Of a stretch of DNA of 50,479 bases, positions 1 through 8,926 are shown piece after piece (within the stretch, counting starts at the first letter, position 1; every line of letters starts with the position of its first letter). Origin of the DNA: an uncultured bacterium. GTDB taxonomy: Bacteria > Patescibacteriota > Patescibacteriia > Patescibacteriales > UBA12465. The DNA is taken from NCBI GenBank assembly GCA_903874345.1, contig CAIQRY010000064.1, forward strand, positions 1-50,479, written 5' to 3'. The translations under genes and the position numbers were made by a program. Under the pieces are notes generated by a model that was not told where the DNA came from, searched no databases, and worked only from the letters and a program-made list of their open reading frames with translations.

Positions 1-1808
1 CCGAGCGCTAAAACTAAAAAAGTTAAAAAACCAATTAGCAAAAAGCGGCGATCGGTCCAAAGCCGATTCCCCTTCAACTTAAGCCAGCCATAGAAGCCGA
101 GTGCTAAAGCAACCACGCCAAAATAAATAATTCCATCATGCCATTTTAAAGAAGCATAAAATTCTTGAAAATAATGACCATAAACCGGCTGATAAACCGG
201 CGGGGTAAAAAAAGAACGCCAATCCGGGGCATATAAACTAATCTGGTTGAGATTGGCCAAAGGATAGGCACCAGAATTAAGACTGACGAGAAGCGTATAG
301 AGCAAAGGCGAAATTAAAAATAGCCAAACGCCGAAGATGATGAGCAAGTTATTAAAACCGGCAAAAAATTTGGCGCGTTGATTAATGAAAAAATTAATAA
401 TAAAAAGCGCGGCCAAAAACAAGAGCCCAATCGTGTAATAATAATCATTATAAAAAGCCAAAGCGAGAACCAGAGAAGTGAGAAGACTAAATTTTCGGGA
501 ATTCTCGTCAAGCGCGCGCAACAAAAAGTAAATAAATAAGGGAATGGTATAGATACTCGCGTAATTAAAATGCCCCTTACTGATTTCCGAAAAAACATAG
601 ATATTCGCGCTAAACATCAAAGCGGCGAGAAGAGCCGCGGGTTTATTCGACCACAAATAATCAGCCAAATAGTACATAGCCAAAGCCGCCAAGGCGAGCT
701 CACTTAAAAAAACCAAATTAAAGGAGAGCGTGAGAGGCCAAATAAACGATAAGAGAGCTCCGGCAAAACTGGCCGGAAGGGCCAAAGTATGAAAGGCTAA
801 ATTAGCACCATATGGATGTAATAATAAATTGGTAAAAAACGGATTCTGCCCGGTACTCAAACAAAATTTAAGCCACCACTCGTTCCATAAAAAAACATAA
901 GAATCGCCAGAACCAATAATCGCGCTACTTAAATGGCGGCCGAGAGGCCAAAGCAACCCTAAAAATAAAATAAAAAAACCGCCAAAAATCCAGGCGGCCG
1001 GCCAAGTTTTTTTTAATTTAAAAAGATAATAATTTAAACCGGCGCGATAAGTTGCCGCTTGCCAAGCCGTTTTAAATCCAGCGAGGCCCGCGCGATACGC
1101 CCCGGAGCCGATATTTTTGAAGAGAGTTAATAAAAATTCAAACGGTAAGAGTAAGAGCGGCCAATTTCGACGACACTGATATTTTTTTGACCATTTTTTT
1201 CCTTCATAATTAAACTTTGTAATCGTCGCAAAATCTTTTAAATAAAAACTAGCCTGCAGCTTCATCCACGGTCGCTGTTTCCGCCAAAAAGTCGCGAGCG
1301 CCAGATTATCATAAGCCGGCTGATGATTTAAAACTAAATTCGTTCGCTGTGTTCGGCCGCTAGTCTCAGCCACAAAATGCGGAATACCCAAAAAGCTTAA
1401 AGCTGCTTTTTTAAACAAACATTTTTTATAGGGCCAGGTTCCGGAATTTGCCTTTTGGCCATTCCATAAGGGCCAGATAAACTTATAAGCGTTAACGTCT
1501 TCGGGCGGATTGAAATTTCTTAAAAAATTTTGAAGTTCTGATGACAAAAACTCGTCGCCATCGATCTGCAAAATCCAATCACCGGCTGCTTGCTTAAAAC
1601 TAAAAGAGCGATGCGGCTCCGCCTCTCCCTGATGCGACTGGATAAAAATTTTCGCCTTATGCTCTTTAGCTATTTCTAAGGTTCGGTCAGCGCATTCACC
1701 GTCATGAACTAAAATAATTTCACTAACAACTCCGCGTAAGCTTTCTAGACAGCGTTTAATATTTTTGGCTTCATTATAGACCACCAAGCAGGCGGAAATT
1801 TTGGGCAT
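1..1808 (-). CDS. GT2-family glycosyltransferase fused to a C-terminal polytopic membrane domain (3' end runs off the window)
   Basis: Absent from the supplied ORF track because it has no in-window stop. Reading the minus strand from the ATG at 1808-1806 gives an uninterrupted frame to the left edge. The N-terminus MPKISACLVVYNEAKNIKRCLESLRGVVSEIILVHDGECADRT...GDWILQIDGDEF is a GT-A/GT2 signature with DxD. From about aa 250 there are successive hydrophobic helices (WIFGGFFILFLGLLWPL, LALAALAMYYLADYLW, GLLFLAALFIINFF). It starts 14 nt after the stop of the upstream Wzy_C-like gene. Confidence 0.75.
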   Translation of the reverse strand, partial: MPKISACLVVYNEAKNIKRCLESLRGVVSEIILVHDGECADRTLEIAKEHKAKIFIQSHQGEAEPHRSFSFKQAAGDWILQIDGDEFLSSELQNFLRNFNPPEDVNAYKFIWPLWNGQKANSGTWPYKKCLFKKAALSFLGIPHFVAETSGRTQRTNLVLNHQPAYDNLALATFWRKQRPWMKLQASFYLKDFATITKFNYEGKKWSKKYQCRRNWPLLLLPFEFLLTLFKNIGSGAYRAGLAGFKTAWQAATYRAGLNYYLFKLKKTWPAAWIFGGFFILFLGLLWPLGRHLSSAIIGSGDSYVFLWNEWWLKFCLSTGQNPFFTNLLLHPYGANLAFHTLALPASFAGALLSFIWPLTLSFNLVFLSELALAALAMYYLADYLWSNKPAALLAALMFSANIYVFSEISKGHFNYASIYTIPLFIYFLLRALDENSRKFSLLTSLVLALAFYNDYYYTIGLLFLAALFIINFFINQRAKFFAGFNNLLIIFGVWLFLISPLLYTLLVSLNSGAYPLANLNQISLYAPDWRSFFTPPVYQPVYGHYFQEFYASLKWHDGIIYFGVVALALGFYGWLKLKGNRLWTDRRFLLIGFLTFLVLAL

Positions 1809-1822
1809 AATAAAATATAAAC

Positions 1823-3883
1823 CTATTTCAAGGGCGTACTTGACGCCGTCATCAGACGAGCCGCCTCATTTAACCCCATATTCACTAAATCATAATAACT
1901 CTGGGCGACTTGTCTGTGATCCGCATTAAAAAAGGGGCTATTTAAATTCGGTAAATTGACTAGTGCGTTTTGATAAGCCGCTTTTGCTCCTGCCGCATCT
2001 TTCTGAATAAGTCTTGTCCGTCCCTCGGCTAAATAAATTATTGGCCAATGCGGCGCGAGAGCTTCGCCGCGCTTAAAATAATTGGCGGCGGCCGCGTAGT
2101 CGCCCAAGGCCGCGGCTGACAAAGCTTTAACGGTTAAATTCTGATACCCGTGATCAGGCAAATCACGCAAAACGGTAACTAATTTATACCGGGCATAAAT
2201 TTGAACCGGCTTTTCAATAAAACTCGGAAGTAATTCGTTTAAACGGCTACCCCAAAAACGATTATAATAAGCCAGAGCCACTGGATTAGGGTGTGCGGCC
2301 AACAAATCATCACCTAAAACTTGCGCCGTAAAAAAATTATGGCTGTCTAAAGTATAATAAAGTTTATTATAATAATGATCCGCAAATAAGGTTTTAAAAC
2401 TGCGAGAGAGCGGCCAAATAATAATTATTAGGGTTAAAATCGCGAGAAAAATTTTAGGGCTATTTATTTTGGCGACGCAGTGAGAAGGGCTCCCGTCTGA
2501 CAAATCAGAGGATAAACGAATAGTTACTAAAAGCGCCAGAAATAGCCAAAAATAAATTTCCGTCGTCACGACCGAAAAACTAAAGAGGAGGGATAATAAA
2601 TAAGCGAGGCCACCCAAGCCCAGAGTTAGAGCCAACGGTTGATATGCCCGGTTCTTTAAAAGACACCAAACTAAACGGAAAAAATAATAATAGAGGGCGG
2701 CAAAAAAAACTAAGCCCCAGAGGCCAGTGGTTAAAATAATATCTAAAATTAAATTATGTGCACGATCCGTGGAAGCGCCAACATTACCATATACACCCCA
2801 GTCCGGCGCATAATAGCGGATAAATGCTTCCTCACTATTTTCTAGGCCATAACCGAATATCGGCCTGTCTTTGATCGCTTGAACTGCCGCCCCATAAAAA
2901 TTAAGACGCGACGCAAAGCTCCCCGATTGATAATCAGTAAAACTACTTAAGCGTCCCGGTAAAACATAATGTAAGCCGAAGAGGCCGATAATAATCAGGC
3001 CGCCAATCCCGCCGAGTAAACTGAGTTTAAACCGGCGGCTTAGGCTCGAACGTGTAAAAAGATAAAGCAAAAAAACGATGAGGGTTAAAAGCAGGGCAAT
3101 AAAAGCGCCGCGACTGGCCGTAAAAAATAAACAAACCAGGGACATTAGAGAAATAAGACCATAAACCAAACGAGACCAGAGAGAACGGCGGGTGTAAAGC
3201 CAATAGAAAGCGAGCGGAATAATAAATAGTAAGAAGGAAGCAAGAAAATTCGGCTGGCCGAAAGTCGAAATCGTGCGATGCGTTAAATAAGGCGGCTCTG
3301 GCCAAGTTAAAAAATCAAGATTAAAAATCTGTAGTAAGCCATAAAGACTAACTAAGGCGCCGGACCACAGCGCGGCAAGAATTATCCGATTAATTCTCTT
3401 CTGAACCATGTCCGGTATTTCCGGCTTGCGGCGATTGTCCAGGCTTAAGAGATTAAAAACTAAGAAACCAAACCAAGCGACATAGAACAAATAACTGACG
3501 TAACCGGCTTGGCGAAAATAAGAACCATAGAAACTTTGGGTCGGATTAATCGAAAGAAATAAAGTCACGCCCAAGCCGGCCAGAAAGATTAACGGAATTA
3601 AAAAATATTTTTTGATATATTTTAAAACCGCGGGTCGATTTAAATCCTTGAAAAGCACGAACGGCCAATAAAAAATTATTTTGATAATCGTCAAAAAAAG
3701 TAGCAGCCAAAATAAGATTTCAAATAAGATTAATTTATTGAGTTCAAAGATATTATAAGTCGGAAACCAAGGCGTCGCGAAACAGAGGGGAACCAGAAAA
3801 ATGGCAGCCAAATAAGTAAATTCGATTAATAAATCAAGGGTAGAACGGCCAGAAACATTGATGTTTTTAAGACTTAATTTCAT
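1823..3883 (-). CDS. O-antigen-ligase/Wzy_C-like polytopic membrane protein with C-terminal TPR-like repeats
   Basis: 686-aa ORF with more than 10 hydrophobic helices. Wzy_C-type motifs FFTASRGAFIALLLTLIVF and DRAHNLILDIILTTGLWGLVFF. The soluble C-terminal ~200 aa is Ala/Tyr-rich and TPR-like (YAAAANYFKRGEALAPHWPIIYLAEGRTRLIQKDAAGAKAAYQNAL). Confidence 0.75.
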   Translation of the reverse strand: MKLSLKNINVSGRSTLDLLIEFTYLAAIFLVPLCFATPWFPTYNIFELNKLILFEILFWLLLFLTIIKIIFYWPFVLFKDLNRPAVLKYIKKYFLIPLIFLAGLGVTLFLSINPTQSFYGSYFRQAGYVSYLFYVAWFGFLVFNLLSLDNRRKPEIPDMVQKRINRIILAALWSGALVSLYGLLQIFNLDFLTWPEPPYLTHRTISTFGQPNFLASFLLFIIPLAFYWLYTRRSLWSRLVYGLISLMSLVCLFFTASRGAFIALLLTLIVFLLYLFTRSSLSRRFKLSLLGGIGGLIIIGLFGLHYVLPGRLSSFTDYQSGSFASRLNFYGAAVQAIKDRPIFGYGLENSEEAFIRYYAPDWGVYGNVGASTDRAHNLILDIILTTGLWGLVFFAALYYYFFRLVWCLLKNRAYQPLALTLGLGGLAYLLSLLFSFSVVTTEIYFWLFLALLVTIRLSSDLSDGSPSHCVAKINSPKIFLAILTLIIIIWPLSRSFKTLFADHYYNKLYYTLDSHNFFTAQVLGDDLLAAHPNPVALAYYNRFWGSRLNELLPSFIEKPVQIYARYKLVTVLRDLPDHGYQNLTVKALSAAALGDYAAAANYFKRGEALAPHWPIIYLAEGRTRLIQKDAAGAKAAYQNALVNLPNLNSPFFNADHRQVAQSYYDLVNMGLNEAARLMTASSTPLK

Positions 3884-3909
3884 AATATGATGCCTGATTA
3901 ATTGACTTT

Positions 3910-3918
3910 ATTATAACA
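3910..3918 (-). promoter_or_regulatory. Extended -10 promoter element TGTTATAAT for the Wzy_C-like/GT2 operon
   Basis: The minus strand reads TGTTATAATAAAG, 27 nt upstream of the ATG at 3883. The same 13-mer recurs at 26086-26098 and 47178-47190. Confidence 0.4.
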
Positions 3919-4007
3919 TAAGCCCCCCATTTTTTATAGCCATTTTTGGAAATAATTGCTATGATAATTTTAGGTTTAATCAACCCCAATTTATTAAAAT
4001 AAGACCC

Positions 4008-4799
4008 ATGTCTCAGCCCTGTTGGTGCGGTTCCCTCGACTATCAAATTATTATTTCCAACCAAGCCGTCCGCTGTCGTCATTGCGGTCTGGTTCGAACT
4101 GAGCCGGAGCCAGCGGAACAAAAAAAGGACGCTGGTTATTATGTTGATCCGGCCGACTACCTTTACCGCCTGAACAACCTTAAGCTCTGGCAGCAATTTG
4201 CCAAGGATGTTTTAAAAATAATCAAAAAATATAAATCACAAGGCGCCTTGCTCGACGTCGGTGCGAATATCGGCGTTCTCGTTGCCGAAGCAGTCAAAAA
4301 TGGTTATGACGCTCAAGGCCTAGATATTTGTCAGGAGTCCGTTGAAGCGGGCAATAAATTATTTAACCTCGGCCAGCGTCTAACCTTCGCCGCCCTGCCC
4401 GAAACAAATTGGACCAATCAATTCGAGATTATCGTTTATAACCACGTCCTCGAGCATCTTAAGGATTCTAACCGGGAATTAACAGCAGCATATCAAGCCT
4501 TAAAAGCAGGCGGCCTAATCTATCTCGCTGTCCCTAATTTTAATAGTGTTTGGCGCCGCGTTTTAGGTCGCCGCTGGCGCGGTTTAGCGACCAACCAGCA
4601 TTATTGGCAATTCGAAGCTACTTCTCTTCAAAAAATCTTGGAACATAACCATTTTAAAGTGTTAAAAACTTATCGCAATCGCAATATTTTATATAACCTG
4701 ACTTTTACCCCGGCCGGGCTCGCTAAAATTCTACTCGTTGCCTGGTCAAAACTCTTTAAGCAGGGAGATAATCTGATTATCCTGGCTCAAAAAAATTAA
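4008..4799 (+). CDS. Class I SAM-dependent methyltransferase with N-terminal Cys4 zinc-ribbon
   Basis: 263 aa. CWCGS...CRHCG pair at the N-terminus, SAM motif I LLDVGANIGVLVAEA followed by acidic GLDI, and motif YNHVLEHL typical of the Methyltransf_11/23 type. Confidence 0.8.
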   Translation: MSQPCWCGSLDYQIIISNQAVRCRHCGLVRTEPEPAEQKKDAGYYVDPADYLYRLNNLKLWQQFAKDVLKIIKKYKSQGALLDVGANIGVLVAEAVKNGYDAQGLDICQESVEAGNKLFNLGQRLTFAALPETNWTNQFEIIVYNHVLEHLKDSNRELTAAYQALKAGGLIYLAVPNFNSVWRRVLGRRWRGLATNQHYWQFEATSLQKILEHNHFKVLKTYRNRNILYNLTFTPAGLAKILLVAWSKLFKQGDNLIILAQKN

Positions 4800-4806
4800 A
4801 AGTTAC

Positions 4807-4836
4807 AAAAAAATGGCTAATGATAGCCATTTTTTA
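4807..4836. terminator. Bidirectional rho-independent terminator between the methyltransferase gene and secF
   Basis: Perfect 9-bp stem AAATGGCTA (4811-4819) / TAGCCATTT (4824-4832) with loop ATGA. An A-run lies on the left and a T-run on the right. Confidence 0.6.
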
Positions 4837-4854
4837 AAATTATCTAGAGTCTAA

Positions 4855-5769
4855 TTAATTATTTTTTTGACCTCTCACAATCCGATCCCAAACCACCAAA
4901 ACCGGACTGGCCACGAAAATCGAACTATAAGTCCCGACGAAGATGCCGACGATAAGCGCTAAGGCAAAATCCTTGATCGTCGAACCGCCGAAGAATAGAA
5001 CCGCTAAGAGGGCGAGAATGGCCGAGAAAGAAGTATTAATGGACCGGGTCAAAGTCTGATTAACGCTACGGTTAACTGTATTTTCAAAGTCTTCCTGGCT
5101 CTTCGGTAAATTTTCGCGAATACGATCAAAAACGATGATTGTATCAGAAACGCTGTAGCCCAAAACCGTTAAGACTGCGGCAATAAATGGCGTATTAATT
5201 TCGACGCCATAAAAATGACCTAAGACCGCGAAGACGCCGAGCGTAAATAAAATATCATGTATTAGAGCGATAATCGCGGCAACCCCGAACTTCCAAGAAG
5301 CAACTGGTTTAGAAACTTTACGGAAGGCAAAAGAGATATAGAGAATAATCATGATGAAACAGATGGCGGTGGCGTTAAATGATTTGCTCTTAAGTTCGGT
5401 TCCAATCGACGGGCCGACCGAATCAAATTGCATTTCCTTAAAAGTCGCGCCCTGATGCTTAAGCGTTAACGCTTGCAAATCTTTAACAACAGTCTGGTGA
5501 ACTTCTTCGGAAATTTCCTTAAATTTTAAGATGTAAGAATCACTAGTCGGTTGAATAACCAGATTATGAAGATTAGCGCCCTTTAAACTGTCGGAAATTT
5601 CAGTAATCGTCGGTTGATAATTCTTAAACTGGACTTCCAGCGAACTGCCGCCAGTAAAATCAATGCCGAAATTTAGACCCCAAACAAACAAAGCCAAAAC
5701 TGATAAGGCCACGGCTAAAGTCGACAAAGAAAGAAAGAGGCGACGTTTTTGGATTATCCGATAAATCAT
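4855..5769 (-). CDS. secF: Protein translocase subunit SecF
   Basis: 304 aa. GIDFTGGSSLEV motif, 6-TM layout, immediately downstream of secD. Confidence 0.93.
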   Translation of the reverse strand: MIYRIIQKRRLFLSLSTLAVALSVLALFVWGLNFGIDFTGGSSLEVQFKNYQPTITEISDSLKGANLHNLVIQPTSDSYILKFKEISEEVHQTVVKDLQALTLKHQGATFKEMQFDSVGPSIGTELKSKSFNATAICFIMIILYISFAFRKVSKPVASWKFGVAAIIALIHDILFTLGVFAVLGHFYGVEINTPFIAAVLTVLGYSVSDTIIVFDRIRENLPKSQEDFENTVNRSVNQTLTRSINTSFSAILALLAVLFFGGSTIKDFALALIVGIFVGTYSSIFVASPVLVVWDRIVRGQKNN

Positions 5770-5802
5770 ATAATTTATAATTATCTTTTTTATTTTTATT
5801 GT

Positions 5803-7404
5803 TTACTCGGTTTTTTTACGATGGACACCCAAGAGCCAGGTTCTCTTCTCTAACCAATCGCCCAAGATAACGACAAATAAGGTGTGTGTGATAACGATGG
5901 CACTAAATAAGGAAACAGCGATACCAATAAATAAGGTGGTACCGAAGCCCTGAACCGTTGAGGTGCCGAAGAAAATCAAAATTAAACAAGTAATAATTGT
6001 CGAAACGTTACCGTCGCGAATAGAAGGCCAGGCGCGTTTAAAGCCAGCATCCACAGCCTGACTCACGGTTTTACCAGACTTGAGTTCCTCTCGGGTACGA
6101 GCAAAAATCAAAATATTCGCATCAACCGCCATACCAATGGACAAGATGAAACCGGCAATACCCGACAGAGTTAAAGTAATCGCTTTCGTCGCATAGATAA
6201 AGAGCAAAATACCGATTACTGCGAAAAGCAAGGCCAAAGTGCCATTAAAAATCTTGAGTTCGTTAAAGGTATAGAAGATTAGGCCGACGATAACAACGAT
6301 TAAAACCAAAGCGAGCCAAATAGGCAGAGCCTTGAAGATGGCTAAGACGGTTAAACCATAAACAACCAAAGACAAAACAGATAATAAACCGGGTAAGCGA
6401 TAATACAAGACCATAAACAAAGAAACAAGCAAAAGGCCGATTAAAATCGCCTTAAAGCTATCATTGATCGATTGAGAGCCTAAGCTCGCTTCCACGGTTT
6501 TCTGGGAAATAAGGGAAATCGGAACTGGCAAAGCACCGGAGTTAAGACGGGTCACTAACATTTTCGCTTCTTCAACATTAAAACGACCCGTAATCACAGC
6601 GTTACCGCCCGAAATTTTATCATTAACAGTCGGGGTGGAAATCGGATAACCATCCAAAAAGATGGCTACCGGCTTACCAATATTACGACCCGTAATTTCT
6701 TCGAATAACTTAGCGCCCTGAGAATCAAACTGTAAGGAAACTTCCGGCGAACCATCACTCTGATTGAACTGTAAAGAAGCGCGCTTTAAATATTTACCGG
6801 ATAACTCCGTGTCTTTCCAGTTTTGCTGAGCGCTTAAATCAATCGTTGAGGAAGCGACAACATTAGCCGTTGTCGAAGTGGCGCCCGTGCTCGTCGCGGC
6901 CGTCACCGTAACCGGGGTGGAAGAAATAGCCGCCGGATTAATTTCTTTAAAAACCAAAGTCGGGGTTTCGCCGATAATTTTAATCGCCTGCGAGACATCT
7001 TTAACACCAGCTAAATCAGCAATAATTTGATAACTGCCACTTACACTTTTGTTAACTTGAACAACTGGCTCGGAAACGCCGAAAGCATTAACGCGGCGCT
7101 CAATAACATCACGGGCCGAGTCTAAGGCGCTCGCTTGATCGGCGCTCGGGATACCAGAAACATCAGCAGAATAAACTAAGTGCGTACCACCTTGCAAATC
7201 AAGACCTAAGCTGAACGGAATTACGTTCACGGGCGGGAGAACAACGACATGATTAGTCTTGGACGCCAAAGTCTTGGTAAAATTATTGTAATAATCACCA
7301 CCGACTGTTAAAGCGACGCCTAGGGCAAACACGATAATCACCGCTAAAATCCACCACGCTTTACCGCGGGCGGATAATTTTTGGAACTTTTGAGCTAAAG
7401 TCAT
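5803..7404 (-). CDS. secD: Protein translocase subunit SecD
   Basis: 533 aa. LGLDLQGGTHLVY motif, a large periplasmic-type P1 domain, then a 6-TM C-terminus (GMAVDANILIFARTREE). Confidence 0.93.
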   Translation of the reverse strand: MTLAQKFQKLSARGKAWWILAVIIVFALGVALTVGGDYYNNFTKTLASKTNHVVVLPPVNVIPFSLGLDLQGGTHLVYSADVSGIPSADQASALDSARDVIERRVNAFGVSEPVVQVNKSVSGSYQIIADLAGVKDVSQAIKIIGETPTLVFKEINPAAISSTPVTVTAATSTGATSTTANVVASSTIDLSAQQNWKDTELSGKYLKRASLQFNQSDGSPEVSLQFDSQGAKLFEEITGRNIGKPVAIFLDGYPISTPTVNDKISGGNAVITGRFNVEEAKMLVTRLNSGALPVPISLISQKTVEASLGSQSINDSFKAILIGLLLVSLFMVLYYRLPGLLSVLSLVVYGLTVLAIFKALPIWLALVLIVVIVGLIFYTFNELKIFNGTLALLFAVIGILLFIYATKAITLTLSGIAGFILSIGMAVDANILIFARTREELKSGKTVSQAVDAGFKRAWPSIRDGNVSTIITCLILIFFGTSTVQGFGTTLFIGIAVSLFSAIVITHTLFVVILGDWLEKRTWLLGVHRKKTE

Positions 7405-7439
7405 AAGGTTATGAGAAAAATGAGTCTTAAACTGGTTTT

Positions 7440-7468
7440 ATCTTAGGACAAATAAAAAGAAAAATCAA
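7440..7468 (-). promoter_or_regulatory. Putative sigma70 promoter for secDF (TTGATT-17-TAAGAT)
   Basis: Minus-strand hexamers at 7468-7463 and 7445-7440 with a 17-nt spacer, about 36 nt upstream of the secD ATG. Confidence 0.45.
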
Positions 7469-7493
7469 GGGAAAAAAGCTGATAACTTTATTA

Positions 7494-7522
7494 TTGACAA
7501 TTTCATTTATCCGTGCTATACT
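7494..7522 (+). promoter_or_regulatory. Sigma70 promoter for the macrodomain gene (TTGACA-17-TATACT)
   Basis: TTGACA at 7494-7499, 17-nt spacer, TATACT at 7517-7522. The ATG is at 7566. Confidence 0.6.
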
Positions 7523-7565
7523 TCTTTAATAAATCGTAATTTTCAAACTTAAAAAGAGATAAATC

Positions 7566-8075
7566 ATGGAAGTAAAAATTGTCTGTGGCGACATCCTAGC
7601 CACAAAATCTGAAGCCATTATTATCGGTATTAATTCCATCGGTCCCTGGGTCGGAACCGTTTTTCAAAGGTTAAATTGGGCCACGAGCAATCATTTTGTG
7701 AACCAGCTCGCTGATGCTATAGACCTTCTGGAAGACCAGGAGACCCTATTTGCTGCCGGGCCAGAAAAAAACGATAACGTCTTCGAGAATGTCATTTTCG
7801 TGATCGATAATCTCGTGAGCGAACTGCACGAAATCATTCTGGCCGGTTTAAAAGAAGCGGAAACACATTGTCTATCCAACGTTGCTCTGCCCTTGATCCG
7901 TGCCGGCGTTAACTTCGGCGTCAAAGAAAAAAACATGGATGAGATTATCAAAGGAATGGTCAAGGCTATCGGTTTATTCGAGAAAACCAAACCGAATTAC
8001 ATCAAATCCATTACCTTCGTGATTTATAAGAACGAAGATCTTTACCAAATGGTAGGCGCTGGTTTATTCAAATAA
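7566..8075 (+). CDS. Stand-alone divergent macrodomain (ADP-ribose binding/hydrolase-like) protein
   Basis: 169 aa. N-terminal GDILATKSEAIIIGINS parallels the macro GDIT..DAIVNAAN motif. VIFVID sits in the ViH.vgP position. SNVALPLIRAGVNFGV parallels SIAFPaIstGvyG. The canonical GGGV loop is replaced by IGPWVGTV. Confidence 0.6.
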   Translation: MEVKIVCGDILATKSEAIIIGINSIGPWVGTVFQRLNWATSNHFVNQLADAIDLLEDQETLFAAGPEKNDNVFENVIFVIDNLVSELHEIILAGLKEAETHCLSNVALPLIRAGVNFGVKEKNMDEIIKGMVKAIGLFEKTKPNYIKSITFVIYKNEDLYQMVGAGLFK

Positions 8076-8096
8076 ACGCGCCTGATTGGAGAGGTA

Positions 8097-8135
8097 AAAA
8101 GCAGTGCGGTCTAAAACCAATAACTGCTTTTTTTA
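8097..8135 (+). terminator. Putative terminator after the macrodomain gene
   Basis: AAAAGCAGT (8097-8105) pairs with ACTGCTTTT (8123-8131), followed by a T-run. The loop is large (17 nt). Confidence 0.45.
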
Positions 8136-8149
8136 TTTTTTACAAAATC

Positions 8150-8178
8150 TTTACAAAAACCCATATTTTACCTATAAT
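8150..8178 (+). promoter_or_regulatory. Sigma70 promoter for clpP (TTTACA-17-TATAAT)
   Basis: TTTACA at 8150-8155, 17-nt spacer, TATAAT at 8173-8178. The ATG is at 8212. Confidence 0.6.
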
Positions 8179-8211
8179 ATACTTACTAATAAATCATAAC
8201 TATTTAAAAAT

Positions 8212-8796
8212 ATGCCACTTATTCCTACCGTGATTGAGAAAGAAGGCCAAATCGAGCGCGCCTATGATATCTATTCCCGCCTCTTAAAGGACCGGATTAT
8301 TTTCTTAGGCGAAGCCATCGACGACCATGTTGCTAATATCGTTATCGCCCAATTCTTATTCCTTGACGCCGAAAACAAAGACAAGGATATTAAATTCTAT
8401 ATTAATTCCCCGGGCGGCTCGGTTTCCGCTGGTTTAGCCATTTATGACACGATGCAATACATTAAATCACCGGTCTCAACGATTTGCGTCGGCATGGCCG
8501 CGTCCATGGCCTCAGTTTTGCTCGCCGCTGGCGAACCCGGCAAACGCTTTGCCCTTCCTAATAGTGAAATCATGATTCATCAGGTTATGGGCGGCGCCGA
8601 AGGCCAAGCCTCGGATATTAAAATTCGGGCCGAACATATCTTAAAGATAAAAGACAAGATGAATAAGATTTTAGCGTCTCATACCGGCAAGTCCATCGCC
8701 ATCGTCGAGAAAGACAGCGATCGCGATTATTTCATGAGCGCGGACGAAGCTTTGAAATACGGGATTATTGATAAGATATTCAAGAAACAAAGTTAA
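8212..8796 (+). CDS. clpP: ATP-dependent Clp protease proteolytic subunit ClpP
   Basis: 194 aa. [16 protein letters not shown]. The Ser-His-Asp triad context is intact ([21 protein letters not shown]). Confidence 0.95.
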   Translation: MPLIPTVIEKEGQIERAYDIYSRLLKDRIIFLGEAIDDHVANIVIAQFLFLDAENKDKDIKFYINSPGGSVSAGLAIYDTMQYIKSPVSTICVGMAASMASVLLAAGEPGKRFALPNSEIMIHQVMGGAEGQASDIKIRAEHILKIKDKMNKILASHTGKSIAIVEKDSDRDYFMSADEALKYGIIDKIFKKQS

Positions 8797-8813
8797 ATAT
8801 TAGACTAATAACT

Positions 8814-8843
8814 AAAAAACCGACCTATTTTGGTCGTTTTTTT
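8814..8843 (+). terminator. Putative terminator after clpP
   Basis: CGACC (8821-8825) / GGTCG (8832-8836) stem, extended by A/T pairs and followed by a 7-T run. The stem is short. Confidence 0.4.
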
Positions 8844-8856
8844 ATTATTTTAAAAC

Positions 8857-8885
8857 TTGACTAATCAGAGCTAATTAGTTAAAGT
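8857..8885 (+). promoter_or_regulatory. Sigma70 promoter for the SF1 helicase gene (TTGACT-17-TAAAGT)
   Basis: TTGACT at 8857-8862, 17-nt spacer, TAAAGT at 8880-8885. The ATG is at 8927. Confidence 0.55.
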
Positions 8886-8926
8886 AAAATGATTTAATTG
8901 AACATTAACAACTAAAAACCATACCC

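Noticed and set aside
3867-4196. 109-aa minus-strand ORF spanning the divergent promoter region and the 5' end of the methyltransferase gene
   Set aside because: It overlaps a well-supported + strand CDS and the stop and promoter region of the neighbouring operon. It has no motif and is likely spurious.
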